This document shows, piece by piece, positions 1 through 9,761 of a DNA stretch of 64,000 nt (positions within the stretch are counted from its first letter, which is position 1; each line of letters starts with the position of its first letter). A program made the translations under genes and the position numbers. This stretch comes from an uncultured Gemmatimonadales bacterium. GTDB lineage: Bacteria; Gemmatimonadota; Gemmatimonadetes; Gemmatimonadales; GWC2-71-9. The stretch is taken from positions 256,001 to 320,000 of the forward strand of contig CAWCFX010000002.1 in the NCBI GenBank assembly GCA_963795085.1. The letters run 5' to 3'. The notes beneath the pieces are model-generated. The model was not told the DNA's origin and ran no database searches. It was given only the letters and a program-made list of their open reading frames with translations.

Positions 1-66
1 AGCGCATTCGACCTCTATCAGCGGAGCCTTCAGCTGGCCGCGCAGGTGCGAGGAGGACGCCGGTGA
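1..66 (+). CDS. 3' end of an upstream gene (probably part of the MoxR/Bat cluster)
   Basis: Frame 1 is open from base 1 (SAFDLYQRSLQLAAQVRGGRR*). Its TGA at 64-66 overlaps the GTG start of the next gene. Confidence 0.55.
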   Translation, partial: SAFDLYQRSLQLAAQVRGGRR

Positions 67-1037
67 GTTTCGCCCGCCCCTGGCTCTTGCTCCTGCTGCT
101 CAGCATTCCGTTCTGGTTCTGGTATCGGCGCCGGAGGCGGGCCACCGGGGCGGTGTACAGCGACGTGTCCCTGGTCGAGGGCGCCGGCCGGGGCGCCTGG
201 GTGCTGCTGTTGCCGCCGGCCCTGCGGGCCCTGGCCCTGGCCCTGTGGATCGTGGCGGCGGCCGGTCCCCGCGCCGGCGGCACTACCATCGAGCAGAAGA
301 AGGAGGGCATCTCGATCGTCGTGGCCATCGACATCTCCAGCAGCATGCTGGCCGAGGATTTTGCGCCCAGCAACCGGTTCGAGGTCGCCAAGGCGCAGGC
401 GGCGGCATTCATCCGGGCCCGGGACGCCGACCGCATCGGGCTGGTGGTGTTCGCGGGGGAAGCGCTCACCCAGGTTCCCCTGACCGTCGACTATGCCGTG
501 CTGGAGCGGGCCGTCATGGACCTGCGCATGGGCATGCTCGAGGACGGTACCGCGATCGGCAGCGGGCTGGCCACCGCGCTCAACCGGCTCCGGCTGGTGC
601 CCGACCGCTCCAAGGTCATCCTGCTGCTCACCGACGGGGAGAACAACCGGGGCACCATCGATCCCCGGACCGCCGCGGCCGCGGCTACCGCTCTCGGGGT
701 CAAGGTGTACACCATCGGTGTCGGCACCGAGGGCGAGGCGCCTATTCCCACGGGCCGCGGGGTGACCGGGTTCCGCTACGAGATCCTGCCGGTGCGGATT
801 GACGAGAAATTGCTGCAGGAGATCGCCCAGCAGACCGGCGGGCGGTATTTCCGGGCCAAGGACAGCGAGGCGCTGAGCCGGATCTTTCAGCAGATCGACC
901 AGCTGGAAAAAACCCCGATCCAGGTCACCAGCTATACCAGCTTCGAAGAAATGGTCCGTCCGTTTATCCTGGCCGGGCTGCTGGCCCTGGCGGCGGAGCT
1001 GCTGCTGACGGCCACCGTCGCGGTGCGGGTGCCATGA
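63..1037 (+). CDS. batA: BatA-like VWA-domain membrane protein
   Basis: N-terminal FARPWLLLLLL BatA motif, MIDAS DISSSM and LLTDGENN, C-terminal TM helix. Confidence 0.88.
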   Translation: MSFARPWLLLLLLSIPFWFWYRRRRRATGAVYSDVSLVEGAGRGAWVLLLPPALRALALALWIVAAAGPRAGGTTIEQKKEGISIVVAIDISSSMLAEDFAPSNRFEVAKAQAAAFIRARDADRIGLVVFAGEALTQVPLTVDYAVLERAVMDLRMGMLEDGTAIGSGLATALNRLRLVPDRSKVILLLTDGENNRGTIDPRTAAAAATALGVKVYTIGVGTEGEAPIPTGRGVTGFRYEILPVRIDEKLLQEIAQQTGGRYFRAKDSEALSRIFQQIDQLEKTPIQVTSYTSFEEMVRPFILAGLLALAAELLLTATVAVRVP

Positions 1038-2659
1038 CCTTCGATTCGCCCCTGCTGCTGGTCCTGGCCCCCTTCCTGGGCGTGCTCGCCGGCCTGGTCG
1101 CCTGGCGCGCCCGGTCCCGGCGAATCCGCCACGCCCGGGCGTGGTCGGCCGACGCCGAGGCCAAGGCCCGGGGCTACGGCCGGGGCGTTCCCCTGGTCCT
1201 GGGACTGGTGGTGCTGGCGGCCGTCGTCGCCCTCGCCGGGCCGCGGGGCGGGCGGGGCGAGGTGACCGCGAAGACCCAGGCATTGAGCGTGGTCTTCGCG
1301 ATCGACATCAGCCGATCCATGCTGGCGGAGGACGCGGCGCCCAACCGGCTGGACCGCGCCATCCGGGAAGCCCGCCGGCTGGCGCAGGACCTCGAGGGCG
1401 ACCGGATCGGGCTGATCGCGTTCGCCGGACGCTCCTACATTCTCGCGCCCTTGACGATCGACGTCGGCGCGATCAACCTGTTTCTGGATGCCCTCGATCC
1501 GGACCTCGCCAGCCAGGGCGGCACCAGCCTGGCGTCAGTGCTGGCGCAGGCGCGCGGCCTGCTCAGCGCCAGCGAAGAAGGCGCCGACCGGGTGCTGGTG
1601 GTGTTCACCGACGGCGAATCGCATGACTCGACCCCGGAAGCGTTGACCGAGGCCCGGGCCCTTGGGGAAGCGGGAATTCGTCTGGTGCTGGTGAGCGAGG
1701 GCGGCACCACCCCGGTGCGAATCCCCCTCCGCGATTCGGCGAAGAACCTGCTGGAGTACAAGCTGGACGAGACCGGGCGGCCGGTCATGACCAGTCGCCG
1801 GGACGCCATCCTCCGGGACGTCGCCGAGGCCGCCGAAGGCACTGTCGTCTCGGCGGAACTGCCGGACCAGGCCGGCGCGGTGCGCGACCTGCTCGATGCA
1901 TTCAAGCGAGCACCGACGGCATCCACGCAGTCGAGCAGCACCATTCCCCGAGGGTGGATTCCCATCCTGGGGGCGGCCCTGCTGCTCCTCGGCCACACGC
2001 TGACCCGGCGGCAGGCGTCGCTCATCGTCCTGGCCGGCCTCGCGGTGCTGGCCCGGCCCGCCGCGGCGCAACGCCCCTCGCCGGGCGAGCGGGCCCTGGA
2101 AGAGGGAAAGCCGGACCAGGCGGCGGCCCGCTTTCTCCGGGAGACCGGACGCAGCGCCAGCGATACGGCCTGGTATAACGCCGGCACCGCCGCCCTGGAG
2201 GCGGGCAACCTCGAGGTGGCCCGCCGGGCGCTGGGCGAGGCGGCCAAGTCTCCCGATCCGGATTTGCGGTACCGTGCGCTGTACAACCTGGGCGTGGCGT
2301 CGCTGCTGGCTTCCCGGACCGCGGGCGAGGAAAAAGACGCTTTGCTCGGCGAGGCGCAACGCGCGCTTCGCGATGCGCTGTTGCTGCAGCCGGCATCGGA
2401 ACGCGCCAAGTGGAACCTGGAATTGACCAACCGGCAGAAGCCGCCATCGTCCGGCGGCGGCAACACGCCGCCCCAGCAGGGCGGCGGGGGCGGGGGGGCG
2501 CCGGACAACCCCGGCAGCGAGGTGGACGCGCCCTCGTCGCTCTCCCGGCGGGAAGCCGAGCAGATCCTCGGCTCGGTCGAGCGGGAAGAGCGGCAGACCC
2601 GGGCGCGGCGGGCCCAGCGGGACCGGTCCGGCTCGGCGGGCACCGGGCGGGACTGGTGA
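1034..2659 (+). CDS. VWA + TPR protein (BatB-BatC-like fusion)
   Basis: MIDAS DISRSM/FTDGESH, then a TM pair, TPR motifs (AWYNAG, ALYNLG, AKWNLEL) and a BatC-like tail (LSRREAEQILGS...RDW). Confidence 0.82.
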   Translation: MTFDSPLLLVLAPFLGVLAGLVAWRARSRRIRHARAWSADAEAKARGYGRGVPLVLGLVVLAAVVALAGPRGGRGEVTAKTQALSVVFAIDISRSMLAEDAAPNRLDRAIREARRLAQDLEGDRIGLIAFAGRSYILAPLTIDVGAINLFLDALDPDLASQGGTSLASVLAQARGLLSASEEGADRVLVVFTDGESHDSTPEALTEARALGEAGIRLVLVSEGGTTPVRIPLRDSAKNLLEYKLDETGRPVMTSRRDAILRDVAEAAEGTVVSAELPDQAGAVRDLLDAFKRAPTASTQSSSTIPRGWIPILGAALLLLGHTLTRRQASLIVLAGLAVLARPAAAQRPSPGERALEEGKPDQAAARFLRETGRSASDTAWYNAGTAALEAGNLEVARRALGEAAKSPDPDLRYRALYNLGVASLLASRTAGEEKDALLGEAQRALRDALLLQPASERAKWNLELTNRQKPPSSGGGNTPPQQGGGGGGAPDNPGSEVDAPSSLSRREAEQILGSVEREERQTRARRAQRDRSGSAGTGRDW

Positions 2660-4992
2660 TCACCCTCCTGGTGGGGTTGCTGCTGCCGCAGCAGGCGCCC
2701 TCGATCCAGGCCGGGATGACGGCCGACTTCACCCGCATTCCGATGGGCGGGGAGGTCGTCGTCACGGTGCGGACCCGGAGCGCATCCACCGATGCCATCC
2801 ATATATCGTTGCCGCCCTTCGCCGGGCTGGAGCTGGTCGCCCGGAGCGAGCGCAGCGAAGTCTCCGCGGGCAATCCCCCGGGACGATCGACGGTGCTGGA
2901 ACTCCGGCTCCGCGGATCCATGCCGGGCAAGTGGCGGGTGGGGCCCGCCACGATCCGGCAGGGCAGCACCCTGCAGGAAGTCGATCCGATCGAGATCGAA
3001 GTCACCGGCGGGAGCGGATCCGCCACCGCGTCGGCGTCGTCCATCGCCCCGCAGGTGCAGCGGCTGCTCGCCCAGTCGCGCCCGCCCAGCACCGGGGCGG
3101 ATGCGTCGGTGGCCATCATCCTCTCCAGCCCGCGGGCCTTTGTCGGGGAACAGGTGGACGTAGTGACCGCTGCGTGGTTTCCGCGCGAACTCCGGCTCCA
3201 GCTGCGCCGGCCGCCCACGGTGCAGACCCCGTCTATTGACGGGGTCTACAGTTACCCGCAGCGCTCCCCCAGCGGCATCGCGGCGAGCCGCCAGGTGGAT
3301 GGCCGCTGGTTTGACCTTTTCGTGGTGCACCAGGTGGTGTTCCCGCTGACGCCGGGCCGCATCCGGGTGCCGCCGGCGACGCTGCATTACAGCGTGCCGC
3401 TCGCGTTCCAGTTCTTCAGCCAGGAGGAGCGGTATGCGGTGCGCAGCGAAGCGGTATCGCTGGAGGTCGCGCCGCTGCCGCGGGAAGGCCGCCCGGCGGC
3501 CTTCACCGGCGGGGTGGGCCACGGGCTGACGATCGAGCGATCGCTGAGTCCGGGCTCGGGCCGGGCCGGCGAACCATTCGCGGTCGATATCGTGGTACGG
3601 GGAGAGGGCAACGTCCCGCTGTGGCCGCCGCCGGAACTGGCGTGGCCCGGCCATGTCCGCGCGTATGGCGAGAACGTGGCGGACGCGATCGAGAATTCGG
3701 GCGGCCGGCTGGGCGGCGCCAAGACCTTCCGCTACCTCGTCATTCCTGATTCGGCGCGGACCGTCGGCCTCCCCGCCCTGGTGTACACCTATTTCGATCC
3801 CCTGGCGCGGCAATACGTGTCTGCCCAGGCGCCGCCGGTGAGCTACCTGGTGACGGCCGCCGCGGAGGCGGCGGTCTCCCGGGCTACGCCGGCCCGGCTG
3901 GCCACCGGCCGGAGGCCGGCCCTGGGATCGCGGATCCTGGCGGCCCTGCCACCGTGGTTGATGGCCGTTCTCCTGGCGCTGCCGCTGGTGCTGGTACTGT
4001 TGCGCCGTCCGCCCGGCGCGCCGCGCCGCCGCGAGCCGCCATCGCGCACGGCCGACCCGATGGCCCAGGCGGAAGCGGACCTCGCACGCGCGCTCACCGC
4101 GCTGGTGCCCCAGCTTCCCGACCTGGAGGGCCAGGACCTGGAGACCTCGCTCCGTGCCGTGGGGATCGAGACGGACACCGCGCGGCAGGCGGTCCGTCTC
4201 CGCGAGCGGGTGCGCGCCGCGCGCTATGGGCCGGGGTCGGAACCGGACCGCAAGCGCCTGCTGGCCGAAGCCCGGGCCCTGACGGACCGGCTTGCGCCGG
4301 TAAGCGGTGCGGACCGGGCCCGCCGGACCATCACCGCGGGCCTGGCGCTTCTCGTCGTGGGCACCGTTGCGGCGGGAGCCCAGACGCTGCCCCCCGAGCA
4401 GCTGTATGAGCGGGGCGCCCTCACCGCCGCCGCTGCGGGGTTTGCCCAGCGGGTTCAGCTGGATCCCGAGGTCCCGGCGCACTGGTTCAACCTGGGACTC
4501 ACCCGTTTCCGGCTGGGTGATGCGGGCGTTGCGCTCGCGGCCTGGACCCGGGCCAAACGGCTGGCCCCGCGTGACCCCGCGGTGCGCCGGGCCCTCAAGC
4601 TGGTTCCGGTGCCGGAATCACGGTCCGCGCGGGCGCTCTGGGCATCGCCGCTGACACCGCCAGAATTACTGCTCTTGGCGGGGTCGCTGTGGATCCTGGG
4701 GTGGGCCGGGTATGCGTGGACCCGCCGCCGCCGCTGGCTGGCGGTGGTGATCGGGGGGCTGGTGGCCGGCGCGGCCGCCCACGGAGTGACCCTCTGGTAC
4801 CGGCGGCCCCTGGCAATCGTCACCGGTGACAACGCGATCGCGCTCTCTCCCCACGAACTGGCGCCCGCCGCGGCCGCGGTCCAGACCGGCAGCGTCGTCA
4901 CCATCGTGGACCGGGCCCGCGGGTGGGCCATGGTGCGGGAATCCGGCGGGCGGGTGGGCTGGCTCCCCCAGGAAGCGGTGGAGGAACTCTGA
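2656..4992 (+). CDS. BatD-like protein fused to a BatE-like TPR + SH3-like region
   Basis: GTG at 2656 overlaps the upstream stop. Beta-rich BatD-like repeats (AFVGEQV, GEGNV), a TPR (HWFNLG...APRDPAVR) and an SH3-like end (GWAMVR...GRVGWLP). Confidence 0.78.
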   Translation: MITLLVGLLLPQQAPSIQAGMTADFTRIPMGGEVVVTVRTRSASTDAIHISLPPFAGLELVARSERSEVSAGNPPGRSTVLELRLRGSMPGKWRVGPATIRQGSTLQEVDPIEIEVTGGSGSATASASSIAPQVQRLLAQSRPPSTGADASVAIILSSPRAFVGEQVDVVTAAWFPRELRLQLRRPPTVQTPSIDGVYSYPQRSPSGIAASRQVDGRWFDLFVVHQVVFPLTPGRIRVPPATLHYSVPLAFQFFSQEERYAVRSEAVSLEVAPLPREGRPAAFTGGVGHGLTIERSLSPGSGRAGEPFAVDIVVRGEGNVPLWPPPELAWPGHVRAYGENVADAIENSGGRLGGAKTFRYLVIPDSARTVGLPALVYTYFDPLARQYVSAQAPPVSYLVTAAAEAAVSRATPARLATGRRPALGSRILAALPPWLMAVLLALPLVLVLLRRPPGAPRRREPPSRTADPMAQAEADLARALTALVPQLPDLEGQDLETSLRAVGIETDTARQAVRLRERVRAARYGPGSEPDRKRLLAEARALTDRLAPVSGADRARRTITAGLALLVVGTVAAGAQTLPPEQLYERGALTAAAAGFAQRVQLDPEVPAHWFNLGLTRFRLGDAGVALAAWTRAKRLAPRDPAVRRALKLVPVPESRSARALWASPLTPPELLLLAGSLWILGWAGYAWTRRRRWLAVVIGGLVAGAAAHGVTLWYRRPLAIVTGDNAIALSPHELAPAAAAVQTGSVVTIVDRARGWAMVRESGGRVGWLPQEAVEEL

Positions 4993-6698
4993 TGCCGCGG
5001 CGCATCGCGATTCTCCCGGATGCCGTGGCCGACCAGATCGCCGCCGGCGAGGTGGTGGAACGGCCGGCCTCGGTGGTGAAGGAACTGGTCGAGAACGCGC
5101 TCGATGCCGGCGCGACCCGGGTCCGGGTGGAGCTGGAGAACGGCGGCAAGACCCGGATCGACGTGAGCGACGACGGCTGGGGGATGGGGCGGGAGGATGC
5201 CGTGCTGGCGCTGGACCGGCACGCGACCAGCAAGATCACGACGGCGGCCGACCTGGTCGGGGTGGCGACGTTCGGGTTCCGGGGCGAGGCGCTCCCGTCC
5301 ATCGCATCGGTCTCCCGCCTGGAGCTGGTGACGGCGGAGGAGGAAGGCAGCGGTACCCGGCTCACGGCGGCCGGCGGGCGGCTCGACACGGTGGAAGCGG
5401 CGGCGCGCCAGCGGGGCACCACCGTTTCGGTTCGCACGCTCTTCTACAACACGCCGGCCCGCCGCAAATTTCTCCGCTCGGTGTCCAGCGAGTCCCGGGC
5501 GGCGTATGAGGCGGTGGCGACGCTGGCGCTGGCCCACCCGGAGGCCGGGTTCGACCTGCTGCTGGACGGACGGTCCCGGCTCACCGTTCCCGGCGGGCAG
5601 ACCCTGGAAGAGCGGGTGGCCGGCGTATGGGGACGCGATATCGCGGGCACCCTGGTCCCGGTCGAGTTTGCGGCGGGGAGCTTCCGGATCACCGGCTATA
5701 TCCAGCGGCCGGCCGATGCCCAGCCGACCGGACGGCGGACCCAGCTGTTCATCAACACCCGGCCGTTTCGCGATCCATTCCTGGTTCGCGCGGCGGAGGC
5801 GGGCTACCGCTCGGCGATCGCCCCCGGCGACCGGCCCTCGCTGTTGCTCATGATCGAAGCGCCGGCCGGCGAGATCGACGTCAACGTGCATCCCGCCAAG
5901 CTGGAAGTACGGTTTCGCGACCGCATCGGCGCGGAGAAGACCGTGGAGGACGCGGTGCGGCATGGCCTGGCTGACCTGGTGGCGGCCGCGTCCATCGGGT
6001 CCTGGCAGGGCGCCGCATCCAGCTGGGTCGGCATGCCGGCGCGCGCCGCGGGGGCGCCTGCGTTCGGGGACGACCTGTTCGCGCCGCCGGCCGCTCCGGG
6101 GAGCGGCGGAGCGGAGCCGGTGGAGCCCGTGCTTCCCGCGCTCACCCAGTTGTTTGATACCTATATCGTGTACGAAGTGCCCCAGGCATGGGTCATCGTG
6201 GACCAGCACTCGGCGCACGAACGAGTGCTCTATGAGCGCACGATGGCGCAGTTGACCGGGTCGCCGGTCGCCGCACAGCGGCTGTTGCTGCCGGTGCCGC
6301 TGGAGCTGACCGACGAGGAACTCGACGTCCTCGAGCATGCCCGCCCCATGCTGGCGCAGGTCGGCTTCGAGGTGACATCGCTGGGCGGCCGCACCGTCAT
6401 GCTCCAGACGGTTCCGCACCCGCATCCCCGGTTCGACGCGGCCCGCTGTTTCAAAGAGATGGTGGCGGACCTGGCCCGGGGCCGCTTTGGCGGGTGGAAG
6501 AACGCGCTGGAGCGGTTCGCCGCCACCTATGCCTGCCGGGCCGCCGTCATGGCGGGTGAGAAGCTGGACCCGAGCGAAATGCGCGAGCTGATCATCCGCC
6601 TGATGGCCTGCACCCTTCCGCCCCATGACGTGCATGGCCGGGCCACCATGGTGCAGTTGCCGAGGGAAGAGCTGGAGCGCCGGTTCGGCCGGCGGTGA
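4992..6698 (+). CDS. mutL: DNA mismatch repair endonuclease MutL
   Basis: IAAGEVVERPASVVKELVENALDAGA, TFGFRGEAL, DVNVHPAK, DQHSAHERVLYE. ATG overlaps the upstream TGA. Confidence 0.97.
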   Translation: MPRRIAILPDAVADQIAAGEVVERPASVVKELVENALDAGATRVRVELENGGKTRIDVSDDGWGMGREDAVLALDRHATSKITTAADLVGVATFGFRGEALPSIASVSRLELVTAEEEGSGTRLTAAGGRLDTVEAAARQRGTTVSVRTLFYNTPARRKFLRSVSSESRAAYEAVATLALAHPEAGFDLLLDGRSRLTVPGGQTLEERVAGVWGRDIAGTLVPVEFAAGSFRITGYIQRPADAQPTGRRTQLFINTRPFRDPFLVRAAEAGYRSAIAPGDRPSLLLMIEAPAGEIDVNVHPAKLEVRFRDRIGAEKTVEDAVRHGLADLVAAASIGSWQGAASSWVGMPARAAGAPAFGDDLFAPPAAPGSGGAEPVEPVLPALTQLFDTYIVYEVPQAWVIVDQHSAHERVLYERTMAQLTGSPVAAQRLLLPVPLELTDEELDVLEHARPMLAQVGFEVTSLGGRTVMLQTVPHPHPRFDAARCFKEMVADLARGRFGGWKNALERFAATYACRAAVMAGEKLDPSEMRELIIRLMACTLPPHDVHGRATMVQLPREELERRFGRR

Positions 6699-6745
6699 TG
6701 CCACCACACGCGCCCTCCCTGGGGAGACGGGATCACTCTTTGCGC

Positions 6746-7684
6746 ATGCCAGCAGCGAAGCCCGACCGCCGCCTGGTCCCGGTGCTCTGCGGCCCGACCG
6801 CGGTCGGCAAGACCGCGGTGGCGCTGGCGCTGGCCGCCACCTGGGAGATGGAAGTCGTCTCCGCCGACAGCCGGCAGATCTACCGGAACCTCGACATCGG
6901 CACCGCCAAGCCGACCCGGAAAGAGCGGCACCGGCTACCGCACCATGGACTCGACCTGGTCGCGCCGGGCGAGCGCTACAGCGCCGGCCGCTTCGCCCGG
7001 GATGCCGCGGGCTGGATCCGGGACCTGCGCCTCCGGGAGAAGACGCCGGTGGTGGTGGGAGGCACCGGGCTCTATATCCGCGCCCTCGCCGACGGCCTCT
7101 TCAAGGAACCGGCGCTCGACCCGGACCGCCGCCGTGAGCTGGAACGGTGGACCGGCGCGCTGGAAGACGGAGAACTGGTCCGGTGGGCTACCCGGCTGGA
7201 TCCGGGATTTCGAGGCGGGGGGCGGCAGCGGGCCCAGCGAGCCATCGAGGTGGCCCTGCTGACGGGGCGGGCCCTGTCGCACTGGCAGCAAGCCGCCCGC
7301 ACCGGCGGCGCCATCCGGCCCTGGTACGTGGTGCTCACGGTCCCCCGCCCGATCCTGCATCAGCGGATTCTCCGCCGCTCGAAAGAGATGGTGCAGCGCG
7401 GCGTGATCGAAGAAGTCGCCGCGGTGCTGGCCGAGGGCGTGGCCCAGGACGCACCGGGGCTCGACGCCATCGGGATGCGGGAGGCGGTGGCCTACCTCCA
7501 GGGCCGCTTGGAGCGTGAAGCAGTGGCCGAGACCATTGCCACCAGCACCCGCCAGTACGCCAAGCGGCAGGAGACCTGGTTTCGTCACCAGTTGAGCGGA
7601 CCGGTTCTCACCCTGGATGCCACCCGTGCGCCGGACCAGGTGGCCGCGGAGATCGCCGGCGCGTGGGCGGAGCGTCATGGGTGA
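6746..7684 (+). CDS. miaA: tRNA dimethylallyltransferase
   Basis: GPTAVGKT, SADSRQIYRNLDIGTAKP, VGGTGLY, YAKRQETWF. Start may be 6695-6746. Confidence 0.96.
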   Translation: MPAAKPDRRLVPVLCGPTAVGKTAVALALAATWEMEVVSADSRQIYRNLDIGTAKPTRKERHRLPHHGLDLVAPGERYSAGRFARDAAGWIRDLRLREKTPVVVGGTGLYIRALADGLFKEPALDPDRRRELERWTGALEDGELVRWATRLDPGFRGGGRQRAQRAIEVALLTGRALSHWQQAARTGGAIRPWYVVLTVPRPILHQRILRRSKEMVQRGVIEEVAAVLAEGVAQDAPGLDAIGMREAVAYLQGRLEREAVAETIATSTRQYAKRQETWFRHQLSGPVLTLDATRAPDQVAAEIAGAWAERHG

Positions 7685-7727
7685 GTGGACATTCCCGGCA
7701 GGCCCGGCTATCGTGCGCGGCCGTGGG

Positions 7728-7769
7728 AGAGTGCAGAGTGCAGAGTGCAGAGTGCAGAGTGCAGAGTGC
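7728..7769 (+). repeat. Perfect tandem heptamer (AGAGTGC)x6
   Basis: Read directly in the miaA-bshA spacer. Confidence 0.97.
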
Positions 7770-7804
7770 AGTGAAGTGGTGAGCGGCCTTCAGCCAGGAA
7801 CTCC

Positions 7805-8941
7805 ATGCGCATTGGCATCACCTGTTATCCGACCTATGGCGGTTCCGGCGCTGTGGCCACCGAGTTGGGGCTGGAGCTGGCCCGCCGCGGGCACGAGGTG
7901 CATTTCATCACCTATGCTTCGCCGTTCCGCCTCCGCGGCTACGCGGAGCGGGTGTATTTCCACGAAGTGGACACCCGGATGGGGCGGTACCCGCTGTTCG
8001 ACCACTTCCCGTACACCCTGGCGCTGGCCTCCAAGCAGCACGAGGTCGCGCTGCGCGAGCGGCTGGATATTCTCCACGTGCACTACGCGATCCCCCACGC
8101 CACCACCGCCTACCTCGCGCGGGAGATGCTGGATGGGGAATTGCCGCTCAAGGTCATCACCACCCTGCACGGCACCGACATTACCCTGGTGGGGCAGGAA
8201 CAGAACTTCTACGCGATCACCAAGTTTTCCATCGAGCGGTCCGACCAGGTGACGGCGGTGTCCCACTACCTCAAGGACGAGACCTACCGGGCCTTCGGCT
8301 GTGAAAGCTGCCACCTGCGGATGATTCCCAACTTCGTCAATCTCCAGGAATATTTTCCGGTGTCGCCGAGCACCGCCGGCGATTGCCGCGGCTCGGTGGC
8401 CCCGGCGGGGCACAAGGTGGTCTGTCACGTCTCCAACTTCCGGGAGGTCAAGCGGGTCAAGGACGTGATCCGCATCTTCACGCGGATCCGTCGCGCGATG
8501 CCCGCGACCCTGTTGATGATCGGCGACGGGCCGGACCGGGAAGAGGCCGAGCAGGAGGCGCGGGAGCTGGAAGTGGCCGCCGATGTCCGCTTCCTGGGAC
8601 GGATCGACCGGGTCGCAAACCTGCTACAGGCGACCGACCTGTTCCTGCTGCCATCACAGACCGAGTCATTCGGCCTGGCTGCCCTGGAGGCCATGGCCTG
8701 CGGCGCCCCGGTGGTGGCGAGCCGGGCCGGCGGCCTCCCCGAAGTGATCGACGACGCGGTCTCCGGAATCCTCGAGCCGGTCGGCTCGGTGGAAGCGATG
8801 GGCCGCCGCGCGGTGGAGCTGCTCCGCAACGCCCCGGCCCACGCCGCCATGCGGGAGGCGGCCATCGCCAAGGCGGGCCAGTACTCCGCGGACATCGTCG
8901 TCCCGATGTACGAAGCGCTGTACCGCGAGTTCGCGGAGTAG
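7805..8941 (+). CDS. bshA: N-acetyl-alpha-D-glucosaminyl L-malate synthase (GT4)
   Basis: MRIGITCYPTYGGSGAVATELG, HVHYAIPHA, TTLHGTDITLVG, SNFREVKR, ESFGLAALEAMA. Confidence 0.92.
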   Translation: MRIGITCYPTYGGSGAVATELGLELARRGHEVHFITYASPFRLRGYAERVYFHEVDTRMGRYPLFDHFPYTLALASKQHEVALRERLDILHVHYAIPHATTAYLAREMLDGELPLKVITTLHGTDITLVGQEQNFYAITKFSIERSDQVTAVSHYLKDETYRAFGCESCHLRMIPNFVNLQEYFPVSPSTAGDCRGSVAPAGHKVVCHVSNFREVKRVKDVIRIFTRIRRAMPATLLMIGDGPDREEAEQEARELEVAADVRFLGRIDRVANLLQATDLFLLPSQTESFGLAALEAMACGAPVVASRAGGLPEVIDDAVSGILEPVGSVEAMGRRAVELLRNAPAHAAMREAAIAKAGQYSADIVVPMYEALYREFAE

Positions 8942-8947
8942 CGTCCC

Positions 8948-9745
8948 ATGGACGATCTGTACAAGGCGGTCATCCTCGGGCTGGTGGAAGGTGCCACCGA
9001 GTTCATCCCGGTCTCCTCTACCGGGCACCTGATCATTGCGAGCGAGTGGCTGGGGTTTATCGGCGAGCGGGCCAAGACCTTCGAGATCTTCATCCAGTTG
9101 GGCGCCATTCTTTCTATCGTATGGCTGTACCGCACCACCTTCGCCGGGCTGCTGGCCGGCTGGTCGCAGGCCGGGCCCCGCCGCCTGGTGGTGAACCTGG
9201 CCATCGCCTTCCTCCCGGCTGCCATCGTCGGCCTCCTCCTGCATGACTGGATCAAGGCTCACCTGTTCAACCCGGTGACGGTAGCGGTCGCCCTGGTCGC
9301 CGGGGGCATCCTGATCCTGGTGATCGAGGGGCTGAAGCCGCCCGTACGGGTGGAGGCGACCGAGGACATTCCCTATGGCACGGCCCTCGGGGTCGGCCTG
9401 GCGCAGGTGCTCTCGCTCTTTCCGGGCGTGTCCCGCTCCGGCGCCACCATCATGGGCGGCTACGCCCTGGGGCTTTCCCGGAAGGCAGCCACCGAGTTCT
9501 CCTTTTTCCTGGCCGTGCCGGTCATGTTCGCGGCGACGCTCTTCGACCTCTACGGCAGCCGGGATGTGCTGACCCTGGCCGATGGGCCGCTCTTCGCCAC
9601 CGGGTTCGCGGTGTCCTTCATTTCGGCCCTGATCGTAGTAAAGGCATTCCTCGGGTTCGTCGCCCGTCGCAGCTTTGCCGTCTTCGCCTGGTACCGGATC
9701 GTATTCGGTGGGCTGCTGCTGGCCTGGTTCGGGTGGGCGGCCTAG
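8948..9745 (+). CDS. uppP: Undecaprenyl-diphosphate phosphatase
   Basis: GLVEGATEFIPVSSTGH, PGVSRSGATI, EFSFFLA. Confidence 0.96.
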   Translation: MDDLYKAVILGLVEGATEFIPVSSTGHLIIASEWLGFIGERAKTFEIFIQLGAILSIVWLYRTTFAGLLAGWSQAGPRRLVVNLAIAFLPAAIVGLLLHDWIKAHLFNPVTVAVALVAGGILILVIEGLKPPVRVEATEDIPYGTALGVGLAQVLSLFPGVSRSGATIMGGYALGLSRKAATEFSFFLAVPVMFAATLFDLYGSRDVLTLADGPLFATGFAVSFISALIVVKAFLGFVARRSFAVFAWYRIVFGGLLLAWFGWAA

Positions 9746-9761
9746 CCGGCCTGGTCCGCAG

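Noticed and set aside
1435..4482. 1015-aa minus-strand ORF and many similar long antisense ORFs (e.g. 4455-6707, 20529-22898, 23876-25633, 31482-33644, 47956-49986)
   Set aside because: These are shadows of well-supported opposite-strand genes. They have no motifs and are expected from high GC and codon bias.
7617..8252. ORF containing VQSAECRVQSAEC repeats
   Set aside because: This is a translation of the heptamer tract that runs out of frame over bshA.
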